A stretch of 64,000 nt of DNA from Caldisericota bacterium (GTDB lineage: Bacteria; Caldisericota; Caldisericia; JAAYUI01), in the NCBI GenBank assembly GCA_029548865.1, contig JAKPMO010000004.1:32001-96000 (forward strand), in the 5' to 3' direction. The translations under genes were made by a program, and so were the position numbers. The notes under the pieces are model-generated. The model made no database searches and had not been told where the DNA came from. It was given only the letters and a program-made list of their open reading frames with translations. This document shows positions 46,601-55,304 of the stretch, piece after piece. Every line of letters starts with the position of its first letter. The first letter of the stretch is position 1.

Positions 46601-48832
46601 TTTTACGTCGAGTGCTGCTGTACCAGTATAGCCATTTTGTGCTACAAGATTTATGACTATATCAATTCTGGAGTTAGATTCTTTTGTGATGAAAGCATTT
46701 GTATCAATGAGGAAACCATAAGAATCACCTATCTGGATCTTGAAGTGGATTGTTTTTGGTTGGTTTTGCCCGTCTTTGTTTGTGGCGATCGTTACATCTG
46801 TTTCATAAGAACCTGCAGGGACACCATTTGAATCAACATAGAAGACAATCGGTTCTTCGTCGCTTTTGAATGTCGGATTGTGTGTTTTAAGCCATTGTGC
46901 TTCTTTTGGTATTATGACTACCCCGGTGAGTGGCCCGCCGGAAATATTTTTAAGGTATACACTCTTTTCGGCTATCGAACCAGGAGAGATAAAGCCAAAA
47001 TCAACATAAGATGGTGAAATGAGGTAGTTGGAATCGCCAAAGATGTCGATGAAGTCAACGAATTGCACTCTATGATTATAAGTATCTGATACAAAGCAAC
47101 CTTGATCATTGGCAACTATTCCTGATGGAAAATTAAATTTTCCGTATACGATTTTATCTGGTGGTGGTTCATCGCATGTAGCTTCTGCGACATAGGGAAC
47201 ATCACCTGGCCCGCCATTTTTACCAAAATTCCAGGAGAAGTTTGTTTCTGGGTCAAAGACGGTCAATCTGTGGTTGTATGTGTCAGCAACATATATCTTT
47301 CCAGAATTGTCAATTGAACAGTCCATTGGGAAAAGGAGCATGTCTTTGCCTCTACCCCTGTGACCGAAAGTTCTTATTGGCTTTCCATCGCTTGAAAGTT
47401 CCTGGATTCTACAATTGGCTGAGTCTGCAACAAATATATTAGTGCCATTGGTGCAAATGCCAATCGGATTGTTGAACTGCCCTGGGGCTGATCCAAAGCC
47501 GCCAAACTGGTAGAGGAAGTCACCTGAGAGAGAAAAGACCTGGACAAGATTGTTTCCTGTGTCTGTGACAAAAAGTTTGTTTTGCGGGTTGATTATTATA
47601 ATATCTGATGGTGTGTTTAACTTTCCATTTCCGGAACCGAAACCACCAAAAGCCTTCTTGAAGGTCCCATCTTTTTCGAACATTTTTATTGTGTTGTTTG
47701 CAGTGTCAGCAACATAATAGTTTCCTGATATATCAACAGCTACGCCGCTTGGCGAGGCCATCTTCGAATCAGCTATATCATCTTTTGATTCCTCGGACAA
47801 TTTCCCATCTTTGGAATAAGCTATAATTTTGTTTCTGGTTGAATCGGCAACATAGAGCTTGTCATTTCCAATGGCCAATCCTGTTGGTCTTCCAAGGGTT
47901 CCTGCGGCCTGTTCAACAGGATGACCAAATGTTCCAGAATGTTTTCCATCAACTTCGAAGATTTCGATTTTGTTTGTTTCATATGAAGAGATATATATTT
48001 TGCCATCCATAAAGGCGACACCCTTTGGTGTTTTGATGAAACCATTGGCCTGGATCTCGCCAACTTGTGTGCCATCAATACCCACCATTATTACTTTATT
48101 AGTTGATATGTCTGTTATGAAAACTTTACCCTCAGTCGGAAAAACTGCCCATGGTCTGGGGGAAGGAATTGTTATAGAATGGTTTCCATCCTGATCAAAA
48201 ACCTCTATTTTCCCTGCTTCAGGATCAGTCACGAATATTTTGCCGGATGCAACACAAATACCTGTTGGATAGAGGAGTTCTCCTTCACCGGTACCCTTTT
48301 TTGATATCCTCTGTATAAACTTGCCGTTTGTGTCACAGACTGCTATGTTTCCGTCGCCGGAGTTAGCAATATAAAGCCTTCCCTGGTAAGAAGAGATACC
48401 TATTGGATTCACAAGGACAGGTTTTTGGGCCTGGTCTTTTACTTTAAATTCACCTTGATACTCACCCATTTTTCCATAAACAAGGATTTTGCTTTGCGCT
48501 GTATCGGTGATATAGGATATTCCCTGGTAAGTTGTGATTCCACCCGGCTTGAACATTTGGCCAGTTTTGAAACCAAAAGTTCCCAACAGATAGTCATTTT
48601 GTGGGAATAATGACTGGACCCTTACAGCAAGTTCCTCAACAACGTACAACCTTGAGCCATCCGCATGAAGGAATGTTGGCCCAAGGAAAAGTCTTGCTGG
48701 CATTGGTCCGCCTATTATTTGGGGGGAGGAGGAATCCAGCGAAGTCTGTGCATGCACTACTGGAGTAAAGGGGGTCAATGATGCGATTATCGCTATGGTT
48801 AGTGTTATCGCCCACGTTCTTTTCATTATCAA
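43607..48832 (-). CDS. Giant secreted surface protein: NHL beta-propellers, Omp28-like CxxC domain, Ig-like and cohesin-like domains, C-terminal stalk domain
   Basis: Signal peptide; many NHL repeats (P.GIAV...YVADT.N.RI); ETFTAVWCINCP; RFSVRYDASVL...GDFF; stalk motif GKTLLPLRFVGDALGADV. Confidence 0.82.
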   Translation of the reverse strand: MIMKRTWAITLTIAIIASLTPFTPVVHAQTSLDSSSPQIIGGPMPARLFLGPTFLHADGSRLYVVEELAVRVQSLFPQNDYLLGTFGFKTGQMFKPGGITTYQGISYITDTAQSKILVYGKMGEYQGEFKVKDQAQKPVLVNPIGISSYQGRLYIANSGDGNIAVCDTNGKFIQRISKKGTGEGELLYPTGICVASGKIFVTDPEAGKIEVFDQDGNHSITIPSPRPWAVFPTEGKVFITDISTNKVIMVGIDGTQVGEIQANGFIKTPKGVAFMDGKIYISSYETNKIEIFEVDGKHSGTFGHPVEQAAGTLGRPTGLAIGNDKLYVADSTRNKIIAYSKDGKLSEESKDDIADSKMASPSGVAVDISGNYYVADTANNTIKMFEKDGTFKKAFGGFGSGNGKLNTPSDIIIINPQNKLFVTDTGNNLVQVFSLSGDFLYQFGGFGSAPGQFNNPIGICTNGTNIFVADSANCRIQELSSDGKPIRTFGHRGRGKDMLLFPMDCSIDNSGKIYVADTYNHRLTVFDPETNFSWNFGKNGGPGDVPYVAEATCDEPPPDKIVYGKFNFPSGIVANDQGCFVSDTYNHRVQFVDFIDIFGDSNYLISPSYVDFGFISPGSIAEKSVYLKNISGGPLTGVVIIPKEAQWLKTHNPTFKSDEEPIVFYVDSNGVPAGSYETDVTIATNKDGQNQPKTIHFKIQIGDSYGFLIDTNAFITKESNSRIDIVINLVAQNGYTGTAALDVKGTPRGTYIQFSEPLLTLSKSTSTVMSIRATTIIAPGIYNITIIGQSPKIKYETRLDITLIVSRNQSFEPRTSIGETFTAVWCINCPYAHRAGEMLVNEFGDKRVVWLMYYVDSKEDDAHLYYSPADKRYKWYPGQGLPTTFIDGVNSIIGGDTPEERQKPPKDKKKCDKFSGTTFTYLRYKTEVERRQSMSSQLSIFTETEVLDDTVELGIEIETLQAFENQKNIALYVILAENNIPFEATNGDSYHNMVVREMYTGPLGEPITLVEGQPIYKRMTLKLPQWVNKDNANIVVWIQNNNSKEIYQGSNINLYEQPVVNQYTVRTQTENIKLEVDKEAEFKYYVTNTSTHSFPIHCSPVIKAAGWDYIIQVDGKEQKAENFDIPLRPMQSAIVSIKALPPEDAQPGITASFDIKTSSSPIDARSNITSIETIPRLPPDFTFTSPVPRVELTSGSKTEFDISINPINDFDGPVSISNCTDNASIKVTITPNTGIPPFKAHVIAEGGSALQISEAKMCIVATGNPTNGQEMQHKIEIPVEVLYARLLLEANPKKIISCSENQSCHSSRVDINISTPIGIKEARFSVRYDASVLTVSHTSLGDFFPSKDTTYDFIDRSSEGIATVQIKSTEFRKGENKLFSVVLRGVKGQTKLGTQVEVCDVTMYGEKGDKVLTNVGCSTATMDIISQIAPPTLTADVKDDIIVDQEIYVIKGIAKSSDPQYPITLTINGRLVSVKPDGSYEYEARLREGKNNFVIIATDESGGSTGIRKTIIRDSTPPEINLIGIEDGMTVNDPALEIKGWVDEVASITLNGEPLQVNEYREFQKTVTLKDGPNKITIKATDLTGKTTTLTVTVILKKRTIIQLWLGKTQMFVNGSAVTLLTAPTSSSPPLPKDLAGSTFMPISEVAKALGVEVQWDGKEKRATLIQKLETGTKKIELWIGKKTAKIDGKEVFIDSKTKKLYPTIVGGKTLLPLRFVGDALGADVQYEAAEKKITLTYPKL

Positions 48833-49032
48833 TTTGTTCTCCCCTCTCCTGAGTTAACCCAGGAAAAGCTAATTGTGAATTGATTCTATTGTGTCAATAG
48901 TGAAGGTCAACCAAGCACAAAGCATTGCCAGACTATGGTTAAACTATGTTTCGTTAATACATTTAACCTAACCCAAATTTTCCTTGTGAATCTTGTTTTT
49001 AACTACCCCGCAATTATACTCGGTTTCGCTAA

Positions 49033-49048
49033 TCCGCACAAATGCGGA
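49033..49048 (+). promoter_or_regulatory. 5'-UTR hairpin of the SLH-protein mRNA, downstream of a TTGTTT-16-TATACT promoter (48993..49020)
   Basis: TCCGCA-caaa-TGCGGA, followed by a strong AAGGAGG SD. Confidence 0.45.
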
Positions 49049-49075
49049 ACCCTACCTTTAAAGGAGGATAAATTA

Positions 49076-52000
49076 ATGAAAGCAAGCATCACGAAAAGCT
49101 TGTCTGTTTTCACAATCCTCGCACTTTGTTTTGGGATTTTCTCGTTTATTCCAGTCTCGATTGTGAATGCTGAAGCTGTGGAATACCTTCCGTTTTCCGT
49201 TGTCTTTACTGCCGGAATGCATGGCAATGTGAAGCCTTTTGATTACAAGGGCCAGCCAAATTTCGGTGGTTTTGCAAAAGCAAAGACCAAGATTGATGAA
49301 GTACGCAAACAGGTTCTTGAGGACAAGACCTGGTGGCAGTATGGTGGAAATACAATGGTCCTTGATATTGGAAACACGATAATGGGTTCCCAAACAGGTT
49401 GGTTTTTTGCAAACACAAAATTGTCAGAGAACCAGAAACACCCAACCATTGAAGCGATGAATGCCATTAAGTATGATGCTATGAGCTATGGTGCAGGCGA
49501 GTTCTCACTTCAGCCGGCCGTGCGTGAGCAGCTACACACGCAATCCTCCTTCAAGTGGATAAATGCAAATGTGGTTGTTGGGAAAGATCGTTCAAAACTG
49601 ACAGACGAATATCAGATGATGATCTACAAGATCCCAACAGCTGCCCATCCACTTCGTTTCGGAATTGTTGGTCTGGCAAATCCAGCTGTCTTCAACTGGG
49701 AAGACCCAAATAACCTTACCCTCGGTTCATCCAAGCTTGCCCTTGACGATTATGTAGAGAAGGCAAGAGAGCATGCAGAGTCACTCAAAGAAACTGGTGA
49801 AAAGGCTGACTTTATTGTTGTAATGACAGATCTTGGCCTCCAGAAGAATGCTGATGGCACCTGGAAAGAAAATGAACTTTACAGAATGATCCAGGAAGTA
49901 ACCCACGTTGATTTCATTTGTTCTTCAGCTCCTGGCCAGTCAATACAGCAGGAAATTTTTACGGTTCCGGAACCATCTGGAAAGATTCACGAAACCCTGG
50001 TTTGCCAGCTCCCAGAAGATGGCGTAACCATGGGTCGTATGGATTTCGTTTTTGAAAAATGCACCTGCCCAGTCAAACCATTTGTTTTCCGCAAGGTCAA
50101 TGGCAGAAGAGACATGAAGTCCCGTTTCATGATTCTTGACCAGTCTGTTAACCCGGACAAGGACATCATGGACAAGTTTAGGCCGCAGGATTCGCTCCTT
50201 AAGACAAAGTTTGATGTCAGGATCGGCGAGTCAAAATGTGAGATCTCGTCAACAAATGCAAGAAGAACAGACAACCCGATTGCTGAACTTGCCTGCAATG
50301 TCATGATGAAAGAAACTGATGCGCAATTTGCAATCACTGATATCTGGTCGACAACTGCAACAATAAAAAAGGGTTCGTTCACTTTTGGAGAACTGTTTAA
50401 TCTTTTCCCCAAAGACAGCAAAATCTACAAAATGACACTCACTGGGCAGCAGCTTGAGAATGCGCTTTCCCATGCAGCAACACTTTATCACACAGAAGCC
50501 GACACCAACTTCATCATTGGAAAAGGTTTCAACTATTACCTCGACATTAGACCTGGGGTCACCGATCGTGTTGGATACATGATGATCGGCAATTCACCAA
50601 TAGACCCAAAGAAGACCTACACTGTTGCCACCAACAGCTACATCGCACTTGGCCAGGGTGGATACAAGTTTGAAGCAAAATTTGAACCAACCAGAAAGAA
50701 GCTCCTTGATGCAATCCAGAATTATATTAAGGAGAAAGGTGGTCAGCTCAGCTGCAATACCACCAGGAACTGGTTTGTCGTACCGGACTATGTTGATCAC
50801 TGGGCCAATGAATACATTGACATCCTTATCAGCAAAAAGATTGTATCAGGCGACAAATATGGCAGATACAATCCAGATGCCAATATGACAAGGGCCGAAG
50901 CCTCAAAAATCCTTCTTTCGATCTACGATCTTTCACCATCATCACCAGCAAAGGGCAAGTTCAAAGACGTTCCAAAATCACACTGGGCCTATGGTTTTAT
51001 CGAAGGCGGAGTCAAAGTTGGAATGTGGAGCTGGATGGGCAACACCTTCGGGCTCAATGCAAACGTTACTCGTGAAGAAGTCTTTACAAACATAATATTC
51101 TCTGTTGGCGCCAAGGCACAAGCCGAGGCGATTTCTCCGGCTGATATGGCACAGTTTGAGGCCAATTTTGCTGATGCTTCCACATGTTCCCCGTGGGCAA
51201 AGAAATATATTGCTTATGGAACAAAAGTTGGCATTGTTGGTGGAATAGCAAAAGATGGCAAACTCTATGTCAATCCAAAAGCCAACATCAAGAGAGGCGA
51301 AGTAGCCACAATTATGGCAAAGGCCCGCTTCCCAATGGTTGCAGTAATGACAACATCTGATGTCAGAACCGAAATTGATTCTACAAGAGTTGATCCGACC
51401 AATGATCGCAAAATCGGAGGTTGGAATGGCCTTGCATATACAGTAGGCAATATTCGTGCGCTGTATGATAAGAATGTACTTCTTGACGCCGGTGGAATGA
51501 TCTCTGGCACGGCATGGGCAGAGCTTGCTGGCGGCAAGATGGCGACCGGTTTCATGAATGCACTTGGTTATGATGCAATGACGTTTGGAATCAGGGATTT
51601 CTATCTTGGCGGAGAGACCATTAAAGCAAGAGCCAAAGAGATTCCGCAGAATATCGCAGTTCTCGCGGCCAATGTCGAGGGAATTGATGGAGCAAAAAGA
51701 TCCGTTCTCAAGAACATTTCTGGAATTAAGGTCGGTATTGTTGGAGCAGTTGACCCAGACACAAATACATACATCTGTGATGGCGATCTTGCAGGGATAA
51801 AGATTAATCAGATTGCACAGTCAGTTAACGCTGAAATCAAGGCCCTCAAATCACAGGGTGCAGAAATTGTTGTTGTAATAGCCTCTGCTTCTGGGTATAT
51901 CGAACTTGGAAAGAGCGCAAAAGATGGTTTTAAGGGTCCAGCAGCCCAACTTGCAAGCCAACTCTCAGGCGCAAACATCATGTTTATCTCTGGTGCACCA

Positions 52001-52840
52001 ATGAGCTTTGTTGCACCAACAAACTCCGGAATATGGGTAATTTCCTCCGGGATTGGTGGTTCGTCGCTTGGTTTTGCAAAAGTTAGATTCGATGCAAAGA
52101 ACCGTTCTATTGATGCAATCGATCCATCCCTTAACTACACATACAACGATCTTCTCGATAACGAGATCAAACCAGCTGCAGCAACATTTGCAAATACTGT
52201 CAAAACCTTTGTTGAAGGACAGAGATCAGCAATGAAAGCTGATGTTGACCGTGTTATCGGAAGAACTGAAACTGGTTTTGATTTCAATGATTCCAATGAG
52301 TCGCTTCTCGGCGATTTCATTACTGAATATGCTTCAGATAAACTCGGTGTTGATATAATCGTTTTCCCATCAGATCAGACCAAGAAAGGTATTGCACCAG
52401 GAAGCATAACAGTCAAAGACGTCTATCAGATTCTACCTATTGATGACACTTGGGTGAAAGGCAAGATTTCTGGAGCCAAGATAAAAGAAATTTGTGAGTC
52501 ATCAGTCTCTGGTGAAAGAGGTGTTCTCCAGCTCTGGGGTCTTTCATTTGTCTTCACAAGGTCAAAAGACCCAGGTAACCGTGTCTCAGAAGCCTATATC
52601 ATCAAGAATGATGAGAAAACCCCGGTTGACACTTCCAAGACATATTCAATTGCCATGCCATCCAGAGAGTATCACACACTCCCAGGTTTTGGCCACGAAG
52701 TTCTAAGGAATGTTACTACTGATGTTAATTCCTCTTGCATTTACCTTAGGAAAACAATATTCGAGTACATCAAGAAACTCACTGAGGCAGGACAGCCAGT
52801 TAACCAGGCAAAGAGGAAATTTGGTTTTGTAGAGCCGTAA
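49076..52840 (+). CDS. SLH-domain surface protein with two degenerate 5'-nucleotidase (metallophosphoesterase + C-terminal) modules
   Basis: Signal peptide; YDAM..G, ANV and GIVG scaffolds occur twice; central SLH repeats (HWA..YI, YNPDANMTRAE, FKDVPKSHWA, IKRGEVA); the catalytic motifs are substituted. Confidence 0.82.
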   Translation: MKASITKSLSVFTILALCFGIFSFIPVSIVNAEAVEYLPFSVVFTAGMHGNVKPFDYKGQPNFGGFAKAKTKIDEVRKQVLEDKTWWQYGGNTMVLDIGNTIMGSQTGWFFANTKLSENQKHPTIEAMNAIKYDAMSYGAGEFSLQPAVREQLHTQSSFKWINANVVVGKDRSKLTDEYQMMIYKIPTAAHPLRFGIVGLANPAVFNWEDPNNLTLGSSKLALDDYVEKAREHAESLKETGEKADFIVVMTDLGLQKNADGTWKENELYRMIQEVTHVDFICSSAPGQSIQQEIFTVPEPSGKIHETLVCQLPEDGVTMGRMDFVFEKCTCPVKPFVFRKVNGRRDMKSRFMILDQSVNPDKDIMDKFRPQDSLLKTKFDVRIGESKCEISSTNARRTDNPIAELACNVMMKETDAQFAITDIWSTTATIKKGSFTFGELFNLFPKDSKIYKMTLTGQQLENALSHAATLYHTEADTNFIIGKGFNYYLDIRPGVTDRVGYMMIGNSPIDPKKTYTVATNSYIALGQGGYKFEAKFEPTRKKLLDAIQNYIKEKGGQLSCNTTRNWFVVPDYVDHWANEYIDILISKKIVSGDKYGRYNPDANMTRAEASKILLSIYDLSPSSPAKGKFKDVPKSHWAYGFIEGGVKVGMWSWMGNTFGLNANVTREEVFTNIIFSVGAKAQAEAISPADMAQFEANFADASTCSPWAKKYIAYGTKVGIVGGIAKDGKLYVNPKANIKRGEVATIMAKARFPMVAVMTTSDVRTEIDSTRVDPTNDRKIGGWNGLAYTVGNIRALYDKNVLLDAGGMISGTAWAELAGGKMATGFMNALGYDAMTFGIRDFYLGGETIKARAKEIPQNIAVLAANVEGIDGAKRSVLKNISGIKVGIVGAVDPDTNTYICDGDLAGIKINQIAQSVNAEIKALKSQGAEIVVVIASASGYIELGKSAKDGFKGPAAQLASQLSGANIMFISGAPMSFVAPTNSGIWVISSGIGGSSLGFAKVRFDAKNRSIDAIDPSLNYTYNDLLDNEIKPAAATFANTVKTFVEGQRSAMKADVDRVIGRTETGFDFNDSNESLLGDFITEYASDKLGVDIIVFPSDQTKKGIAPGSITVKDVYQILPIDDTWVKGKISGAKIKEICESSVSGERGVLQLWGLSFVFTRSKDPGNRVSEAYIIKNDEKTPVDTSKTYSIAMPSREYHTLPGFGHEVLRNVTTDVNSSCIYLRKTIFEYIKKLTEAGQPVNQAKRKFGFVEP

Positions 52841-52860
52841 TCAGGAAAGACTAAAGTAAA

Positions 52861-52895
52861 TTAAAAAAGGCACCCTTTTGGGGTGCCTTTTTTAA
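52861..52895. terminator. Bidirectional intrinsic terminator between the SLH gene and rnc
   Basis: ttaaaaaaGGCACCC-ttttg-GGGTGCCttttttaa. Confidence 0.88.
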
Positions 52896-52922
52896 TTTGT
52901 AGAGTTGAGAAATGTAAAACTA

Positions 52923-53636
52923 TTATTTTTCGATTTTTTTGAGTGCTTCTATTGCAGCGTTTTGTTCAGCTTCCTGTTTTGAATTTCCCCAGGCAGTAGC
53001 TATGATATTTTCCCCAACAGAGACTTTTGCTTCAAATCTCATGCAGTGGGCAGGTCCATCGCTCCCAACAATATGGTAATGTGGAAGCCCGAGACCTTCT
53101 TTCTGAGATAACGATTGCAATTCGCTTTTTGGGTCTTCCTTATCTGTCGCCATAGAGATAATCCCCAAAGCATCAAGAAAATCACATGTTTTTTGAAAGC
53201 CTTTTGCAATAAACACAACAGCCACAATAGACTCAAAACAATCGCAGAGAATTGAGTCTCTTTCAGAACCTCCGTTTGCTCTTTCACCCTTTCCCAAAAG
53301 AAGGCAGTGCGGGATCCCCATTTTTCTTGCTGATTTTGCGAGGGCTGGTTGTGAGACTATTGAGGCCCTTGCTCTTGTGAGTTTATCTTCTTGCCAATCT
53401 CTGTGCCTCATATACAAGCGATAGGCCACATAACTGCCCAGGATTGCGTCTCCAAGGTATTCCAGTCTCTGATATGAGGGAGAATCGTTCTCGCTTGTGT
53501 ATGACGGGTGGGTCAAGGCTTCCAGAAAGATTTGCTTATAGCTATTTTGGAGCCCAAGACGCTTGAAAAGAGCTTTTTGCTGGGCTGTTAGATTACTATC
53601 TTGTCTGAGACGAAATTTTTGAAATAAGTTGAGCAT
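52923..53636 (-). CDS. rnc: Ribonuclease III
   Basis: ALTHPS, RLEYLGDA and D.FE, with a C-terminal dsRBD (DPKSELQ...SKQEAEQNAA). Confidence 0.94.
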   Translation of the reverse strand: MLNLFQKFRLRQDSNLTAQQKALFKRLGLQNSYKQIFLEALTHPSYTSENDSPSYQRLEYLGDAILGSYVAYRLYMRHRDWQEDKLTRARASIVSQPALAKSARKMGIPHCLLLGKGERANGGSERDSILCDCFESIVAVVFIAKGFQKTCDFLDALGIISMATDKEDPKSELQSLSQKEGLGLPHYHIVGSDGPAHCMRFEAKVSVGENIIATAWGNSKQEAEQNAAIEALKKIEK

Positions 53637-54582
53637 TGCAACAGTTTACAGCTTGTCTAATTGCGGAGGAGATGGCCTTGCCATTCGAACGGCCATGGCA
53701 AATTATTGATATGCCATTCACACCCAAAAGAGGCGCCCCGCCATACTCTGAATAATCCATCATTTTTCTGATATTACCAATTGCTGGTAGCAGAAGCAAT
53801 CCACCCATTTTTGAGCTGAGGGACGTCTTGGCGGCTTTTTTTACCAGACCCATAACGTCGCTTGCGATACCTTCTATCGCCTTGAGTATCACATTTCCAG
53901 TAAAACCATCTGTTATAATTGCGTCTGCATTCCCCTTAAGAACGTCTTTTCCCTCTATGTTCCCAATAAAATTAAGCCCTGATTTTAACAAAAGTTTGTG
54001 TGTGGCCTGTGTAAGTTCTGAGCCTTTTTCTGGCTCTTCACCAATATTAAGAAGCGCCACCCTTGGGTTGTCTATCCCCATTACGTTCTGGCAATAAGCA
54101 GATGACATCTGGGCAAATTCAAGAAGGTTGTTTGGTTTGCAGTCTGATACAGCTCCACCATCACACATCATTGCCAATTTGCCGTTTACCTGTGGAACTG
54201 GCGTTGCCACTCCTGGTCTTTCTATGCCCCTTACGCGACCAAGGATAAATATTGCGGCGGCCAGTTGTGCCCCAGTTGAGCCAGCAGACACGATTGCATC
54301 GCACCTGCCCTCGGCCACCAGTCTTGTTGCTACAAAAATTGAAGCATCCTTCTTGGTCCTGAGGACCTCTGAAGGATGGTCATTCATGGTGACAACTTCT
54401 GTCGTGTGAACTACTGGAAACATAAAAGGCGATTTTTGGATTTTAAGTTCTTCCTCAATCGCCGTTTTGTCGCCAATAAGGGTGATATCAAGTTCCATGG
54501 AGGAGCGGGCAAGTATTGCCCCAGAAATGATTTCCTTGGGGGCGTGGTCGCCCCCCATGGCATCAAGTGCTATCCTTATCAA
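53596..54582 (-). CDS. plsX: Phosphate acyltransferase PlsX
   Basis: IALDAMGGDHAP, SAGSTGA, LLNIGEE..KG, DGFTGNV.LK and YGGAPLLG. Confidence 0.96.
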   Translation of the reverse strand: MIRIALDAMGGDHAPKEIISGAILARSSMELDITLIGDKTAIEEELKIQKSPFMFPVVHTTEVVTMNDHPSEVLRTKKDASIFVATRLVAEGRCDAIVSAGSTGAQLAAAIFILGRVRGIERPGVATPVPQVNGKLAMMCDGGAVSDCKPNNLLEFAQMSSAYCQNVMGIDNPRVALLNIGEEPEKGSELTQATHKLLLKSGLNFIGNIEGKDVLKGNADAIITDGFTGNVILKAIEGIASDVMGLVKKAAKTSLSSKMGGLLLLPAIGNIRKMMDYSEYGGAPLLGVNGISIICHGRSNGKAISSAIRQAVNCCNAQLISKISSQTR

Positions 54583-54791
54583 TCCTGCTCTTCCTTGGAA
54601 GTTTTTACTTTTTTCACTTTCGGTACTACAACAAGCTCTTCATTGTAGAAACCACAATAGGTGCAAACATGATGTGCACGGGTCATTTTTCCGCAATTTT
54701 TGCACTCGACCAGTGCTGGAACGTCAATTTTTTGGTGAGCCCTGCGAAGTCTGCTTCTGCGGGGTGTTACTTTCTTTTTTGGTTCAGGCAT
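54579..54791 (-). CDS. rpmF: 50S ribosomal protein L32 (zinc-ribbon form)
   Basis: PKKK...RRAH, CKNCG and HHVCTYCGFY; GGAGG SD. Confidence 0.94.
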   Translation of the reverse strand: MPEPKKKVTPRRSRLRRAHQKIDVPALVECKNCGKMTRAHHVCTYCGFYNEELVVVPKVKKVKTSKEEQD

Positions 54792-54828
54792 CTTAATCCT
54801 CCGAGTATTGTTGGTTACGCAAACGGCA

Positions 54829-54887
54829 AGTATATTATCTAACCACGACATGTCAACCCTTGACAGGTGAGAACTCTTTTGTACAAT
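54829..54887. promoter_or_regulatory. Back-to-back divergent promoters of rpmF and rpsT
   Basis: Minus strand TTGACA(54856-51)-16-TATACT; plus strand TTGACA(54860-65)-16-TACAAT. Confidence 0.75.
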
Positions 54888-54916
54888 CGCTAAGGTTTTG
54901 AAATATTGGAGGATAC

Positions 54917-55180
54917 ATGCTGAGACATAAAGCACAACAGAAATCAGTCAGGCAATCGGCCAAAAGGCACGAAAGAAACGTGACCCAGAAATCAGCCGCA
55001 AAGACAGCCATAAAGAAAGCCATTGCTTCAATCGGGACCGGTGAAGCAACAACAAATGTACAGATCGCCATTAAGTCGCTAGACAAACTCGAATCCCATG
55101 GCATCATGCACAAGAATGCCGTTGCCAGAAAGAAATCCAGACTTATGGCAAAGCTGAACAAATCTTTGCAACAAGCCTAA
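54917..55180 (+). CDS. rpsT: 30S ribosomal protein S20
   Basis: KS.RQ....RN..KS..KTAIKK and LDK....G.MHKN..AR.KSRL. Confidence 0.94.
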   Translation: MLRHKAQQKSVRQSAKRHERNVTQKSAAKTAIKKAIASIGTGEATTNVQIAIKSLDKLESHGIMHKNAVARKKSRLMAKLNKSLQQA

Positions 55181-55201
55181 GCAAAAACTATTGTCAATTA
55201 G

Positions 55202-55234
55202 AGGACCTTTCCCAGGTAGGGAAGGTCCTTTTTT
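55202..55234 (+). terminator. Intrinsic terminator after rpsT
   Basis: AGGACCTTTCC-caggta-GGGAAGGTCCT followed by a T run. Confidence 0.8.
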
Positions 55235-55304
55235 ATTTTACATGGTTTTACTACTGGAGCCATGCTGTTTTATGCAATTGTTTGGTCAATGAGGTCTATA
55301 TTGG

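Noticed and set aside
52923..54791. rpmF-plsX-rnc without intervening fab/acp genes
   Set aside because: This could be ordinary rearrangement; loss of fatty-acid synthesis cannot be judged from one window.
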